Below are positions 43,052-53,060 of a DNA stretch of 64,000 nucleotides, one piece after another (position 1 is the stretch's first letter; each line of letters begins with the position of its first letter). Source of the stretch: an uncultured bacterium (lineage in GTDB: Bacteria > Verrucomicrobiota > Verrucomicrobiia > Limisphaerales > J093); assembly GCA_963735925.1 (NCBI GenBank), contig CAVTMT010000005.1:59402-123401 (forward strand), read 5' to 3'. Both the position numbers and the translations under genes were made by a program. The notes under the pieces are model-generated. The model searched no databases, was not told the DNA's origin, and saw only the letters and a list, made by a program, of their open reading frames with translations.

Positions 43052-43077
43052 CACGGCTTGGCCATGTGCCTGCCTCG

Positions 43078-43188
43078 CCCAACCGCGCGCTACGTCTCGT
43101 CCTGGAATGGACCACCTTGCAGCAGGCTGAACGTGCCAACCGGGCCGGACACATCGACGGCTTGACCCCGCTCCCGCCGCTGCCTTGA
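43078..43188 (+). pseudogene. C-terminal remnant resembling DUF4160-family toxin
   Basis: PNRALRLVLEWTTLQQAE...LTPLPPLP* matches the RALxLVxEW...PL end as recalled for that family; no N-terminal half. Confidence 0.45.
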
Positions 43189-43199
43189 TCTGCCAACGT

Positions 43200-43256
43200 A
43201 TGCTCAAGATCACCGAACTTGCCTTCGCCTGCTATGCCGTCACCGACGTGGCGCTT
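43200..43256 (+). pseudogene. N-terminal remnant of a VOC/glyoxalase-family gene
   Basis: [18 protein letters not shown] resembles the first strand and VxD motif of VOC proteins, then similarity stops. Confidence 0.4.
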
Positions 43257-43366
43257 CACCGGACCCCGGCGCAGTGGCGCGGAGCCCACCAGCGCGCGCG
43301 GCACCGGATCCCGGTACTTCTCTGACTTCAATCCGAAATCGGCAACCGACAATCAGCAATCCGGCC

Positions 43367-44267
43367 ATGTCCATCCTCGTTCAACCCGACACCAAGGTTC
43401 TCATCCAAGGCATCACCGGGGGCTTCGGCGCACGGCACGCCCAGCTCTCGCTCGAATACGGCACCCAGGTCGTCGCCGGCGTCACGCCCGGCAAAGGCGG
43501 CCAGGTCTTCGAGCACCAGGGCGCAAAGGTGCCCATCTTCGACACCGTGGCGCAGGCCGTGCGGGAGACCGGTGCGCAAGCCTCGGCCATCTTCGTTCCG
43601 CCCGCCTTCGCCGCGGACGCGGTTCTGGAAGGCGCCGACGCCGGCCTCGCGCTCGTCGTCTGCATCACGGAGGGCATTCCGGTGACGGACATGCTCAAGG
43701 TGCGGCGGGCCATGGAGGGCAAAGCCACGCGCCTCATCGGACCGAACTGTCCCGGTGTGGTCTCGCCGGCGAGCGGGCAGGGATTCGCATGGCGGCTGCC
43801 GCATCGGCATCTCGCCGGGATACATCCATAAACAGGGCCACATTGGCGTGCTCTCGCGCAGCGGCACGCTGACTTACGAGGCGGTCTGGCAGCTCACCAG
43901 CAAAGGCGTGGGCCAAAGCACCTGCGTGGGCATCGGCGGCGATCCCGTGCCGGGCATGTCGCACCTGGACGTGATCAAGCTCTTCAACGACGACCCGGAG
44001 ACGCACGGCATCATCATGATCGGCGAAATCGGCGGCAGCGCGGAGGAAGAGGCGGCGGCCTGGATCAAACAACATTGTCGCAAACCGGTGGCGGGCTTCA
44101 TCGCGGGCGCCACGGCGCCGCCTGGACGGCGCATGGGCCACGCGGGCGCCATCATCAGCGGGGGCAAGGGCACGGCCGCCGCCAAGATCGAAGCGATGCG
44201 CGCCGCCGGCATCGCCATTGCCGAAACGCCATCCGTGATGGCGGAGGCACTATTGAAACGGCTTTAG
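43367..44267 (+). CDS. sucD: Succinyl-CoA synthetase alpha subunit, with one +1 indel near 43770-43795 (likely sequencing error)
   Basis: [21 protein letters not shown] and LIGPNCPG in one frame; [15 protein letters not shown] and RMGHAGA in the next. Span is 901 bp. Confidence 0.93.
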
Positions 44268-44306
44268 TGCCCGGCGGCGGGGCCGGGCTGCCGCCGGAGT
44301 CTCCCG

Positions 44307-45101
44307 ATGGATCTGGTCAACTTCATCCTGAACCTGGTCGCACTGGTGCTTTGGGTCGGTTGGCGGCTGGCGGGGGCCGACGCGAATCTGCGGCACGCCG
44401 CACGTTGGCTGCTCCTGCCGGCGGTGGCGGTGCTGGTGGTGGCGCGTTCCTGGATGTACCGGCAGGTCGGGCAAGCTGTGCATTGGATTGCACCGTTGGA
44501 CCTCGGAGCGGTGCGCCTTGATTTCAACAGCGCCGTCCCCGAACGGATGCTGGCGTTTTCCACGGCCAGCTTCGTGCTGTTTCTGGGAACGTTCTACGCA
44601 TGGCTGCTGCTGCTTTCGGTCATCAACCGAGCCACCCGGGACCCGAATCCGTGGCTCAAGTTCATGTCGATTCAACTCGGCCGGCTGCGGAAGCTGCCGA
44701 CCCTGCTTCGGCTCATCCTGCCCGCCGCGTTGCTGGCTGTGGCCTGGGTGGGCTGCCAGGCCGCCTTGGTCGAGTCCGGACTGGTCGCCGCGCCGCGATC
44801 GACCGCGCATTTGTGGCAACAAGGTGGGGTGGTTGGCCTGGGGGCCTTGCTGGTCTGGAAACCCCTGCTGCTCGGACTGCTTGGATTGCACCTGCTGAAC
44901 TCCTACGTCTTCTTGGGGAATCGGCCGCTGCTGGCGTTCGCCAATCTCACCGCGCGGAATATCCTGGGTCCGGTGCGGCGGTTGCCCTTGCGCATGGGGC
45001 GGGTGGATCTGGCGCCGGCGATCGGGATCGTCGCCGTCTGGTTCGTGTTCGACTGGGGCAAATCCACCTTGGCCCGACTGTTCTTCAGCCTGCCGCTCTG
45101 A
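44307..45101 (+). CDS. YggT-like membrane protein
   Basis: Multiple TM helices, LNSYVFLG, LRMGRVDLAP; adjacent to a yggU-like gene. Confidence 0.6.
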   Translation: MDLVNFILNLVALVLWVGWRLAGADANLRHAARWLLLPAVAVLVVARSWMYRQVGQAVHWIAPLDLGAVRLDFNSAVPERMLAFSTASFVLFLGTFYAWLLLLSVINRATRDPNPWLKFMSIQLGRLRKLPTLLRLILPAALLAVAWVGCQAALVESGLVAAPRSTAHLWQQGGVVGLGALLVWKPLLLGLLGLHLLNSYVFLGNRPLLAFANLTARNILGPVRRLPLRMGRVDLAPAIGIVAVWFVFDWGKSTLARLFFSLPL

Positions 45102-45391
45102 TGGCTCCCTGTCTGCAAACCCGCGGCGACACGGTGTTGCTCAGCGTCAAGGCGCAGCCCCGCGCCGCGCGGAGCGAACTCGCCGGCCTGCTGGGTGGAG
45201 AGTTGAAGGTGCGCGTGGCCGCGCCGCCGGTCGAGGACGCTGCGAACGCGGCGCTGATCCGGTTTCTGGCGGACGTCCTGGGCTTGCCCCCGCGCGCCGT
45301 GCAGTTGGTGCGCGGACGCACCTCGGGCCACAAGACGTTCGCGATTACCGGCCTGCCCTTGGCGGAGGTCGCCCGGCGGCTGGGGCTGTGA
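45101..45391 (+). CDS. DUF167/YggU family protein
   Basis: VKAQPRA, LKVRVAAPPVEDAAN, GRTSGHK. Confidence 0.88.
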   Translation: MAPCLQTRGDTVLLSVKAQPRAARSELAGLLGGELKVRVAAPPVEDAANAALIRFLADVLGLPPRAVQLVRGRTSGHKTFAITGLPLAEVARRLGL

Positions 45392-45490
45392 CCTCCCGCC
45401 GCCCGCCTCCCGCTGCTCGGGAGTTGCCAGGCGCGGCCGATGGTTCCATTGTGCCGCCGGACCTGCGCGTCGAAGCGCGGCCTCGTTCTC

Positions 45491-46051
45491 ATGGCCAAAG
45501 TGCATCAGTCGTTGAAGGGCCAGTTGCTGCTGGACGGCGGCAGCCTCGCGGGGTCGTGGTTCAGCCGCACGGTGGTGCTGATCTGCCAGCACGACGCCGA
45601 AGGCGCCTTCGGTCTGGTGCTGAACCGCAGCAGCGGCAAGAAGGTCGGCGACGCGCTAGTGGCGGATCTGCCTGAATCGCTCAAGGAACTCGCGCTCTTC
45701 GTCGGCGGACCCGTGCAGCCCACGGCCATGAGTTTCCTCCATACCGACACGTTTCTGCCGGATGCCAACGTGCTGCCCAACCTCAGCCTGGGTCACTCCT
45801 TGGACGAATTGATCGAGCTCGGCGAGTCCTTCTCCGCCACGCGCCAGATCCGGCTCTTCGCGGGCTACGCCGGCTGGAGTCCGGGGCAGTTGGACAACGA
45901 GATGCAACGCAAAGCCTGGCTCACGTGGCCGGCGACGATCCCGCTCGTCTTCTCGACCGCTCCCGAGGATCTCTGGCGCTCGGTCCTGCTGCAGAAAGGA
46001 CCGTCCTACGTTCTGCTGGCCCATTCGCCGGAGAATCCTTCACTGAACTGA
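45491..46051 (+). CDS. YqgE/AlgH family protein
   Basis: FSRTVVLICQH, GLVLNR, GGPV, GYAGWSPGQLDNE. Confidence 0.92.
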   Translation: MAKVHQSLKGQLLLDGGSLAGSWFSRTVVLICQHDAEGAFGLVLNRSSGKKVGDALVADLPESLKELALFVGGPVQPTAMSFLHTDTFLPDANVLPNLSLGHSLDELIELGESFSATRQIRLFAGYAGWSPGQLDNEMQRKAWLTWPATIPLVFSTAPEDLWRSVLLQKGPSYVLLAHSPENPSLN

Positions 46052-46227
46052 GCCGGGAACGATCCGGCGGCCTGCGGTGCGTTTGAACCCGAGCCGCGAA
46101 CGACACCACGGCGGGAGGGACGCCTTCGGTCGGGGACGTTTTCTTGACTTGCTCGCCCCGACCGCTAATTAACGCGGGCACAACTCATATTCAGTTTTAC
46201 CTGCGACGCGCGCCTGAACCAATCCGC

Positions 46228-47715
46228 ATGAAATTCTTGTTCCGCCGCCGGCACGTGCACGACGTGCAGGCCGAGGCTGCCAACGACCAGCGTCTGCACC
46301 GCGCCCTCGGGCCGGTCAATCTCACCGCGCTGGGCATCGGCGCCGTGATCGGCGCCGGCATCTTCGTCCTGACCGGCCAGGCCGCCGCCAAATACGCCGG
46401 GCCGGCCATCGTGTATTCCTTCCTGCTGGCGGGCCTGGCCTGCGCCTTCGCCGGCCTGTGCTACGCCGAGTTTGCGGCCATGATGCCGATGTCCGGCTCG
46501 GCCTATTCCTATGCCTACGCCACGCTCGGCGAGTTCATTGCCTGGATCATCGGCTGGGATCTGATCCTGGAATACATGTTCGCCGCCTCGACCGTCGCGG
46601 TCGGCTGGTCGGGTTACGTGGTCTCTTTCCTGAAGGATCTCGGTCTCGTCATCCCCGCGGCCTTCACCGGCGCGCCGTACAACCACCTCGCGCCGACGGA
46701 CGCCGGCTGGAACATCTGGCGGCTCTTCACCGAGGGTTGGACGCACACCGGCGCCGTACTGAACGTTCCGGCGATGGTGATCGTTGCTCTCATCACGATC
46801 CTTCTGATCCTGGGTATCAAGGAATCGGCCACGTTTAACAACCTGATCGTCGCGGTGAAACTCCTCGTCATCCTCATCTTCATCGCGGTCGGCCTGGCCT
46901 ATCTCAACCGGCACAATTGGGTGCCGTTCCTGCCGCCGGCCCAAGGCCCGGGCACGTTTGGCTGGGGGGGGGTGTTGCGGGCGGCGGGGGTGATTTTCTT
47001 CGCCTACATCGGGTTCGATGCCGTGTCCACCGCGGCGCAGGAGGCAAAGAATCCCCAGCGTAACATGCCCATTGGCATCCTCTGCTCGCTGGCGATCTGC
47101 ACCATTCTCTACATCGCCGTGGCGCTGGTGCTGACGGGGATCGTGAAATACACGCAGCTCAACGTGCCGGATCCCATCGCCGTGGCGATTGATTCGCTGG
47201 GGCGTGGCGTGGCGTGGTTGCGGCCCATCGTCAAGATCGGCGCCATCGCCGGGCTGTCGTCGGTGATCCTGGTGATGATGCTGGGGCAGCCGCGCATTTT
47301 CTACTCGATGTCCAAGGACGGCCTGCTGCCGCCGGTGTTCAGCCAGGTCCATTCGCGCTTCCGCACGCCGTGGCTGGCGACGGTGCTGACCGGTTCGGTG
47401 GCGACTTTGATGGCCGGGCTGTTTCCCATCGGATTGCTGGGCGAACTGGTGTCCATCGGCACGCTGCTGGCGTTCCTGATCGTGTGCGTCGGCATTTTCG
47501 TGCTGCGTTTCACCCAGCCGGAGATTCATCGGCCGTTCCGCACGCCGCTGTTCTGGCTCGTGTGCCCGCTCGGTGCGTTCTTCTGTGCCTGGCTGATGTA
47601 CGGCCTGCCGCGCGACACCTGGGCGCGGCTGTTCATCTGGCTGTTCATCGGCCTGGTGATCTACTTCGGCTACAGCCACCGAAATTCCCGGCTGGCCAAG
47701 CACCCGGCCAAGTGA
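46228..47715 (+). CDS. APC-family amino acid permease
   Basis: GIGAVIGAGIF, CYAEFA, GSAYSY, FFAYIGFDAV, QPRIFYSM. Confidence 0.92.
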   Translation: MKFLFRRRHVHDVQAEAANDQRLHRALGPVNLTALGIGAVIGAGIFVLTGQAAAKYAGPAIVYSFLLAGLACAFAGLCYAEFAAMMPMSGSAYSYAYATLGEFIAWIIGWDLILEYMFAASTVAVGWSGYVVSFLKDLGLVIPAAFTGAPYNHLAPTDAGWNIWRLFTEGWTHTGAVLNVPAMVIVALITILLILGIKESATFNNLIVAVKLLVILIFIAVGLAYLNRHNWVPFLPPAQGPGTFGWGGVLRAAGVIFFAYIGFDAVSTAAQEAKNPQRNMPIGILCSLAICTILYIAVALVLTGIVKYTQLNVPDPIAVAIDSLGRGVAWLRPIVKIGAIAGLSSVILVMMLGQPRIFYSMSKDGLLPPVFSQVHSRFRTPWLATVLTGSVATLMAGLFPIGLLGELVSIGTLLAFLIVCVGIFVLRFTQPEIHRPFRTPLFWLVCPLGAFFCAWLMYGLPRDTWARLFIWLFIGLVIYFGYSHRNSRLAKHPAK

Positions 47716-47825
47716 AGCGCCGCGCCGAGCTCACGACGGTTGCCCACCCGCGCGGAGATAGAATTGTAAAGGCGATGTAAAAAGCCGGACGTTTCGCCGC
47801 CGTCGTGTTAAGCTCGCGTCCATCG

Positions 47826-48587
47826 ATGAATGCGACGGCTGCCAAAGAGCGCGACGAGGCCGATGTCGCTCCGGACCCCAACCGGACCCGGCTGCTGGTC
47901 ATCGATGACGACCGCAAGCTGTGCCGCTTGATCCGGGATTATCTCGAACCGCTGGGCTACGCCGTCGCCCTGGCGCACACCGGCCCGGAAGGCGTGGAAC
48001 GCGCGCTCGCCGAACCGTGGCAGGCGGTCATCCTCGATGTGATGCTGCCCGGTTTCGACGGCTTCGAGGTGCTGAAACGCATCCGTGCGAAATCGGAAGT
48101 ACCCATCCTGATGCTTACCGCCCGGGGCGACGAGGCCGACCGCATCGTCGGCCTGGAGATCGGCGCGGACGATTACCTGCCCAAGACCTTCTCCACGCGC
48201 GAACTGCTGGCGCGCCTCCGGGCCGTGATCCGGCGCTCGGGACGACCGACCCAGCCCACCCCGGCGGCCGAGCCGGAGATCGTCGTCGGACCGCTGCGCA
48301 TCAACGACGGCGCGCGGGTGGCGGTCCTGGATGACCGACCGCTGGAGTTGACCGCCGTCGAGTTCGACCTGCTGACCGCGCTGGCGCGGGCGCGCGGGCG
48401 CGTGAAAACCCGCGAGCAATTGCTCGAGGAAATCCGCGAACGCGACTACGAGGTGTTCGACCGCTCGATCGATGTCCACATCTCCGCGTTGCGGAAGAAG
48501 CTCGGTGACGATGCCCGCGAACCGCGGTTCATCCGGACCATCCGGGCGGTGGGTTACCTGTTCATCCGGCCCGGTGAATCCGGTTGA
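47826..48587 (+). CDS. OmpR-family response regulator (CpxR-like)
   Basis: VIDDD, LDVMLPG, MLTARG, GADDYLPK, DRSIDVHISALRKKL. Confidence 0.93.
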   Translation: MNATAAKERDEADVAPDPNRTRLLVIDDDRKLCRLIRDYLEPLGYAVALAHTGPEGVERALAEPWQAVILDVMLPGFDGFEVLKRIRAKSEVPILMLTARGDEADRIVGLEIGADDYLPKTFSTRELLARLRAVIRRSGRPTQPTPAAEPEIVVGPLRINDGARVAVLDDRPLELTAVEFDLLTALARARGRVKTREQLLEEIRERDYEVFDRSIDVHISALRKKLGDDAREPRFIRTIRAVGYLFIRPGESG

Positions 48588-48591
48588 TGCC

Positions 48592-50118
48592 GTGAAACTG
48601 CGCTTTCCGCTGCTGGCGCGAATACTGGGTTGGTTCTTCCTGAACCTGCTGCTCCTGGTTGGGATCGGCTACGCCATTTTCCGGGCCCAGTTCAGTTTCG
48701 GCCTGGACCTCCTGCTCGCCGGGCGCTCGGGCGACCGGCTGCAGGCGCTGGCGGACAGTATCGCGGCCGAGGTGAGCGAGCAACCGCGGGCCCAGTGGGA
48801 CGCGGTACTGGCCCGATTCGGCGAGGCGCACGGCGCGAGGTTTCTGCTGTTCCGCCAGGACGGTACGCAGCTCGCCGGCCAGCTTGAACCGCTGCCGCCG
48901 CGTGTCCGCGAGCGATTCGGGGCCGAGCGACGCGGGCCGCCGGGCCGCCGCGGTCTTTCCGGCGACGATTTCCGCGGCCCGCCGGCGCAGCGGCCGGGCC
49001 TGGGGCTTGGTCCACCGCATTCGCCGTTCAACCCACCGCTCCGCGACCGGCCGCCGTTCATGGTACGTACCGAAGGCCCCACCCAGTACTGGGTGGGCAT
49101 CAGCGTCGGCGTGCGCGAACCGGAGCTGCCGCGGTTGGTCCCGGCCGTACTGTTGATCGTTTCGGGCAGCGTCCACGGCGGTGGACTTTTCTTTGACTTC
49201 AAGCCGTGGATTGTGGTCGGCAGCGCGGCCGTGGCCGTGTCGGTCTTCTTTTGGCTGCCGTTGGTGCGCGGCATCACCCGCGCCTTATCTCAAACCACCC
49301 ATGCGACCGAGCAGATTGCCGAAGGCAAGTTCGACGTCCGCGTGCCGACGCGGCGACGCAATGAACTGGGCCACCTGGGCGAGGCGGTCAACCGCATGGC
49401 CCAGCGCCTCGAAGGGCTGGTGAATGGCCAGAAGCGCTTCCTGGGGGATATCGCTCACGAGCTCTGCTCACCGATCGCGCGCATCCAGATGGCGCTGGGG
49501 ATTCTCGAACAGCGCGCGGATGCCCGGCAGCAAGGCTACGTGGACGACGTGCGCGAGGAGGTGCAGCACATGTCGGTACTGGTCGCGGAACTGCTGTCGT
49601 TTTCCAAAGCTTCGCTCGGTTCCGGCGCGGTCAAGTGCGGCTCTGTGAACCTCCGGGCCATCGCTGAACAGGCGCTGAGCCGCGAAGCCCAGCGGGGGGG
49701 CGACGTGCGTTTGGAGGTGCCCGCCGATCTGCAAGTCGCAGCCGCGCCAGATCTGCTGCAACGCGCGCTCGCGAACGTCATCCGCAACGCCATCCTGCAC
49801 GCTGGCGACAGCGGCCCGATCCAGGTCGCCGCCCGCTGTGAAGGCGACGCGGCGGTGGTCACGGTTGCCGACTCCGGCCCCGGGGTGCCCGCCGAGAGCC
49901 TGCCGAAACTATTCGATCCGTTCTATCGCGTGGACCAATCCCGGGCACGCGAGACCGGCGGCGTAGGGTTGGGCCTGACAATCGTGAAGACTTGCGTCGA
50001 GGCCTGCGGTGGCCAGGTCGCTTGCCGCAACCGCGAACCTCGTGGGTTCGAGGTCAGATTCGTGTTGCCCATCGCACACGCGGTTTCGGTGGCGGCAAAC
50101 CCGCCCGGTGCGGTTTGA
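48592..50118 (+). CDS. HAMP sensor histidine kinase (CpxA-like)
   Basis: Two TM helices, HAMP, DIAHELCSP, NVIRNA, DSGPG, GGVGLGL. Start GTG 48592. Confidence 0.92.
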   Translation: MKLRFPLLARILGWFFLNLLLLVGIGYAIFRAQFSFGLDLLLAGRSGDRLQALADSIAAEVSEQPRAQWDAVLARFGEAHGARFLLFRQDGTQLAGQLEPLPPRVRERFGAERRGPPGRRGLSGDDFRGPPAQRPGLGLGPPHSPFNPPLRDRPPFMVRTEGPTQYWVGISVGVREPELPRLVPAVLLIVSGSVHGGGLFFDFKPWIVVGSAAVAVSVFFWLPLVRGITRALSQTTHATEQIAEGKFDVRVPTRRRNELGHLGEAVNRMAQRLEGLVNGQKRFLGDIAHELCSPIARIQMALGILEQRADARQQGYVDDVREEVQHMSVLVAELLSFSKASLGSGAVKCGSVNLRAIAEQALSREAQRGGDVRLEVPADLQVAAAPDLLQRALANVIRNAILHAGDSGPIQVAARCEGDAAVVTVADSGPGVPAESLPKLFDPFYRVDQSRARETGGVGLGLTIVKTCVEACGGQVACRNREPRGFEVRFVLPIAHAVSVAANPPGAV

Positions 50119-50246
50119 AGCTACCCCACCCGCTCGCCCTGCCCGTACCGACGGCGAGAATCGCCGGCCCGACCCCCGCCGGTACTGCCGGGCCCGTGCA
50201 TAGGGGCTGATCGGGATTGCAGCCCGTTTCCATTCCAACAGCATTA

Positions 50247-50308
50247 TGAGTCATTACGACACTTATTGCGACTCACCATCGCTCGCCTAAATGAGACTAT
50301 ATGGCTCG
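50247..50308. promoter_or_regulatory. Candidate enhancer (UAS) sites for a sigma54 activator
   Basis: Imperfect palindromes TGAGTC-N5-GACACT (50247-50263) and TGAGAC-N5-GGCTCG (50292-50308), upstream of the IHF site and -24/-12 promoter. Confidence 0.45.
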
Positions 50309-50341
50309 TTCATGATTAATCCAAGGTTTGATCTGTTTTAG

Positions 50342-50354
50342 CAACCACTTGATT
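50342..50354 (-). promoter_or_regulatory. IHF-binding site
   Basis: Reverse strand AATCAAGTGGTTG matches the WATCAANNNNTTR consensus exactly. Confidence 0.6.
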
Positions 50355-50393
50355 GCAAAATGGTTAATAAACAAGGACAATTCGTGAATCGAA

Positions 50394-50411
50394 TTGGCAT
50401 ATCGGAAGCTA
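50394..50411 (+). promoter_or_regulatory. sigma54 (-24/-12) promoter for the hsp20 pair
   Basis: TTGGCATATCGGAAGCTA has GG-N10-GC spacing in an AT-rich region 45 bp upstream of the ATG. Confidence 0.65.
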
Positions 50412-50455
50412 TCAAATGGTCACGTTAATAAAAACAATCTGAAAAGAGAAAGGCA

Positions 50456-50929
50456 ATGAACATGAAACTGGTTCGATACACGCGACCGGATGTGTGGAGC
50501 GTCTCCCCGTTCGAGCAGATGAACACGCTGCGCGACGAGATCAACCGGCTCTTTGAGATGCCGTTCGGCGAACTGACCCGGCCGGGCGAGTTCTTCACCG
50601 GCTGGGCCCCGGCGCTCGACCTGCGCGAGGACAAGGATCACCTCGTCGCCACCGTCGAACTGCCCGGATTGAAAAAGGAGGACATCGAAGTCTCCGTTCA
50701 CGAAGGCGTCTTGAGCGTTTCCGGTGAACGGTCTCAAGAGAAGAAATCCGAGTCGGGCGAAACTTACCGCAGCGAACGCTTCTACGGGCGGTTCCATCGC
50801 ACCCTCGCGCTGCCCAAGCCGGTGAAGGTCGAGGGCATCAAGGCCGCCTACAAAGACGGCATCCTCACGATCATCATGCCGAAGACGGAAGAAGCCAAGC
50901 CGAAGCAAATCGCCGTGAACGTTGGTTGA
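50456..50929 (+). CDS. Hsp20/alpha-crystallin small heat-shock protein
   Basis: PALDLRE, ELPGLKKEDI, ERFYGRFHR, AAYKDGILTI. Confidence 0.95.
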   Translation: MNMKLVRYTRPDVWSVSPFEQMNTLRDEINRLFEMPFGELTRPGEFFTGWAPALDLREDKDHLVATVELPGLKKEDIEVSVHEGVLSVSGERSQEKKSESGETYRSERFYGRFHRTLALPKPVKVEGIKAAYKDGILTIIMPKTEEAKPKQIAVNVG

Positions 50930-50991
50930 AAACACCCCTGTGCCCGGCGTGGTCTGCACGGCCCGCCGGGCACGTCAAACCCTGGAACATC

Positions 50992-51369
50992 ATGAACACA
51001 CTGACTCCCGTCGAAAAGAAACGCGAAATCGCCAAGGCTGAACCCAGCTACGTGGCCCCGGACGTCGATGTCTTTGAAACCAAGGACGAGTATCTGCTCG
51101 AGGCCGACATGCCAGGCGTCAACAAAGCCGGACTGGAAGTCCTGCTGGAAGGGAATGAACTGACCCTCACCGGCCGACGACAGCCGGCGAGTGGCGAAGG
51201 CACCTACCTCCACCACGAGAGCGCCCGGCACGATTTCCGCCGGACCTTCGTGCTCGATCCGGTCATCGACGCCGCGCGCATCAGCGCCCAGATCGATCAA
51301 GGCGTGCTCCGCGTGCGCCTGCCCAAGGCCGAGATGGTCAAGCCGCGCCGCGTCGCGGTGACCGATTGA
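50992..51369 (+). CDS. Hsp20/alpha-crystallin small heat-shock protein
   Basis: PDVDVFET, ADMPGV, FRRTF, QGVLRVRLPK. Confidence 0.93.
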   Translation: MNTLTPVEKKREIAKAEPSYVAPDVDVFETKDEYLLEADMPGVNKAGLEVLLEGNELTLTGRRQPASGEGTYLHHESARHDFRRTFVLDPVIDAARISAQIDQGVLRVRLPKAEMVKPRRVAVTD

Positions 51370-51538
51370 GCGCGCGCCGTCTGACACACCGGCCCGTGAA
51401 CCTCGTGGGAGGTTCGCGGGCCGCTTTGCTTTCCGCGGGCAAAAACGGCGCCTGGACGTGGAAACGGATTGAATTCTGGCTTGCGCGGTCCAGAGTTCCA
51501 CCTCGTCTTTCGATCGAAACCAAGAGACCGCCTTGCCT

Positions 51539-52639
51539 ATGTCCACCCTGCACGTCAAACCTGCCGCCTCCTGCCAATACGACCTCCTTTCCTTGGGCGA
51601 AATCATGCTCCGACTCGACCCCGGTGAAGGCCGCATCCGTTCCGCGCGCGAATTCAAGGTCTGGGAAGGCGGGGGCGAGTACAATGTCGCTCGTGGCCTC
51701 CGGCGCTGCTTCGGCCTGAAGACCGCGGTGGCCACCGCCTTCGCCGATAACGACGTCGGTCGCTTGATCGAGGACTTCATCCTGCAAGGCGGCGTCGCCA
51801 CCGAATTCATCAAGTGGCAACCGTTCGACGGCGTGGGTCGGGTCACCCGGAACGGCCTCAACTTCACGGAGCGTGGCTTCGGCGTGCGCGGGGCGGTGGG
51901 CATTCCCGACCGTGGCCAAACCGCCGCCAGCCAGCTCAAGCCCGGTGATTTCGATTGGGATCACATCTTCGGTCGGTTCGGCGTGCGCTGGCTGCACACC
52001 GGCGGTATCTTCGCCGCGCTCAGCGACACCACCCCGCCCCTGGCCATCGAAGCGGTCAAGAAGGCCAAGGAACACGGGACGATTGTCAGCTACGACCTGA
52101 ACTACCGCCCAAGCCTCTGGAAGTCCATCGGCGGCCAGCAGCGCGCCCAGGAGGTCAACCGGGAAATCGCCAGGTACGTCGATGTCATGATCGGCAACGA
52201 GGAAGACTTCACCGCCTGCCTCGGCTTTAAAGTGGAAGGCGCCGACGAGCACCTGCTCCACATCGACGTCACCGCGTTCAAGCGGATGATCGAAACCGCG
52301 GTGAAGACCTTTCCCAACTTCAAGGCCACCGCCACGACGCTGCGCGCTGCGCACACTGCCACGCGCAACGACTGGGCGGCCATCGCTTGGATGGATGGGA
52401 AGTTCTACGAAAGTCGTCCGTACCCCAATCTCGAAATCCTTGACCGGGTCGGTGGCGGCGACAGCTTCGCATCCGGTTTCATCTACGGCTTGCTGACCAC
52501 CGGCGATCCGCAGAAGGCGGTCGAGTACGGCGCCGCCCACGGCGCGCTCGCCATGACCACCCCCGGCGACACCAGCATGGCGACCAAGGCCGAAGTCGAG
52601 AAGCTCATCAAGGGCGGTGGGGCGAGGGTACAGAGGTAG
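51539..52639 (+). CDS. kdgK: PfkB-family sugar kinase, 2-keto-3-deoxygluconate kinase-like
   Basis: LGEIMLRL, GGGEYNVA, YDLNYRPSLW, DRVGGGDSFASG. Confidence 0.85.
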   Translation: MSTLHVKPAASCQYDLLSLGEIMLRLDPGEGRIRSAREFKVWEGGGEYNVARGLRRCFGLKTAVATAFADNDVGRLIEDFILQGGVATEFIKWQPFDGVGRVTRNGLNFTERGFGVRGAVGIPDRGQTAASQLKPGDFDWDHIFGRFGVRWLHTGGIFAALSDTTPPLAIEAVKKAKEHGTIVSYDLNYRPSLWKSIGGQQRAQEVNREIARYVDVMIGNEEDFTACLGFKVEGADEHLLHIDVTAFKRMIETAVKTFPNFKATATTLRAAHTATRNDWAAIAWMDGKFYESRPYPNLEILDRVGGGDSFASGFIYGLLTTGDPQKAVEYGAAHGALAMTTPGDTSMATKAEVEKLIKGGGARVQR

Positions 52640-52890
52640 GCCGGCGGCTGCGGTGGTATCCCCGACCCTTGCTTGAGCTGGAATGCCGCCGTCGGATGCA
52701 AGCGTGGCGCCCCGCGCTGGGATTCAGCAGGTCCCGATCAGGGCCGCCTCGTTGCTGCGCCACGGCGGACATTGGGCGGCATTCCCAGGCGGCAACGTCC
52801 CGCCCAAAGCGCCACGGGCATCTGGCGCGAGACCAGCCACAGACCTCCTGAGCCGTGAGCATGGAGCGGCGGGAGGCGAGGCAACCGGCG

Positions 52891-53037
52891 ATGGCGATGC
52901 TGCTGGGAGCGATCTACGAGGAGGCGTTCTACGACTTCTCCGACGGGTTTCGGCCCGGACGCTCGCCGCATCGAGCGCTGGAAGCCTTCTGGCAGCAAGT
53001 CACCGGTCTCGGAGTGCGGTGGGTGCTGGAGGTGGAC
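52891..53037 (+). pseudogene. Fragment of a group II intron reverse transcriptase
   Basis: LLGAIYEEAFYDFSDGFRPGRSPHRAL...WVLEVD matches the RT2a-3 region (FxxxSYGFRPGRS..AL..WVxxxD). No YADD motif. Confidence 0.8.
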
Positions 53038-53060
53038 AACCACCGGCTCTACCCGGAAGG

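Noticed and set aside
43760-43800. Programmed frameshift in sucD
   Set aside because: No slippery heptamer, and similar indels occur in unrelated genes. Sequencing error is the simpler explanation.
52640-53060. Intact group II intron
   Set aside because: Only about 49 RT codons remain, and I could not identify domain V/VI or the intron ends.
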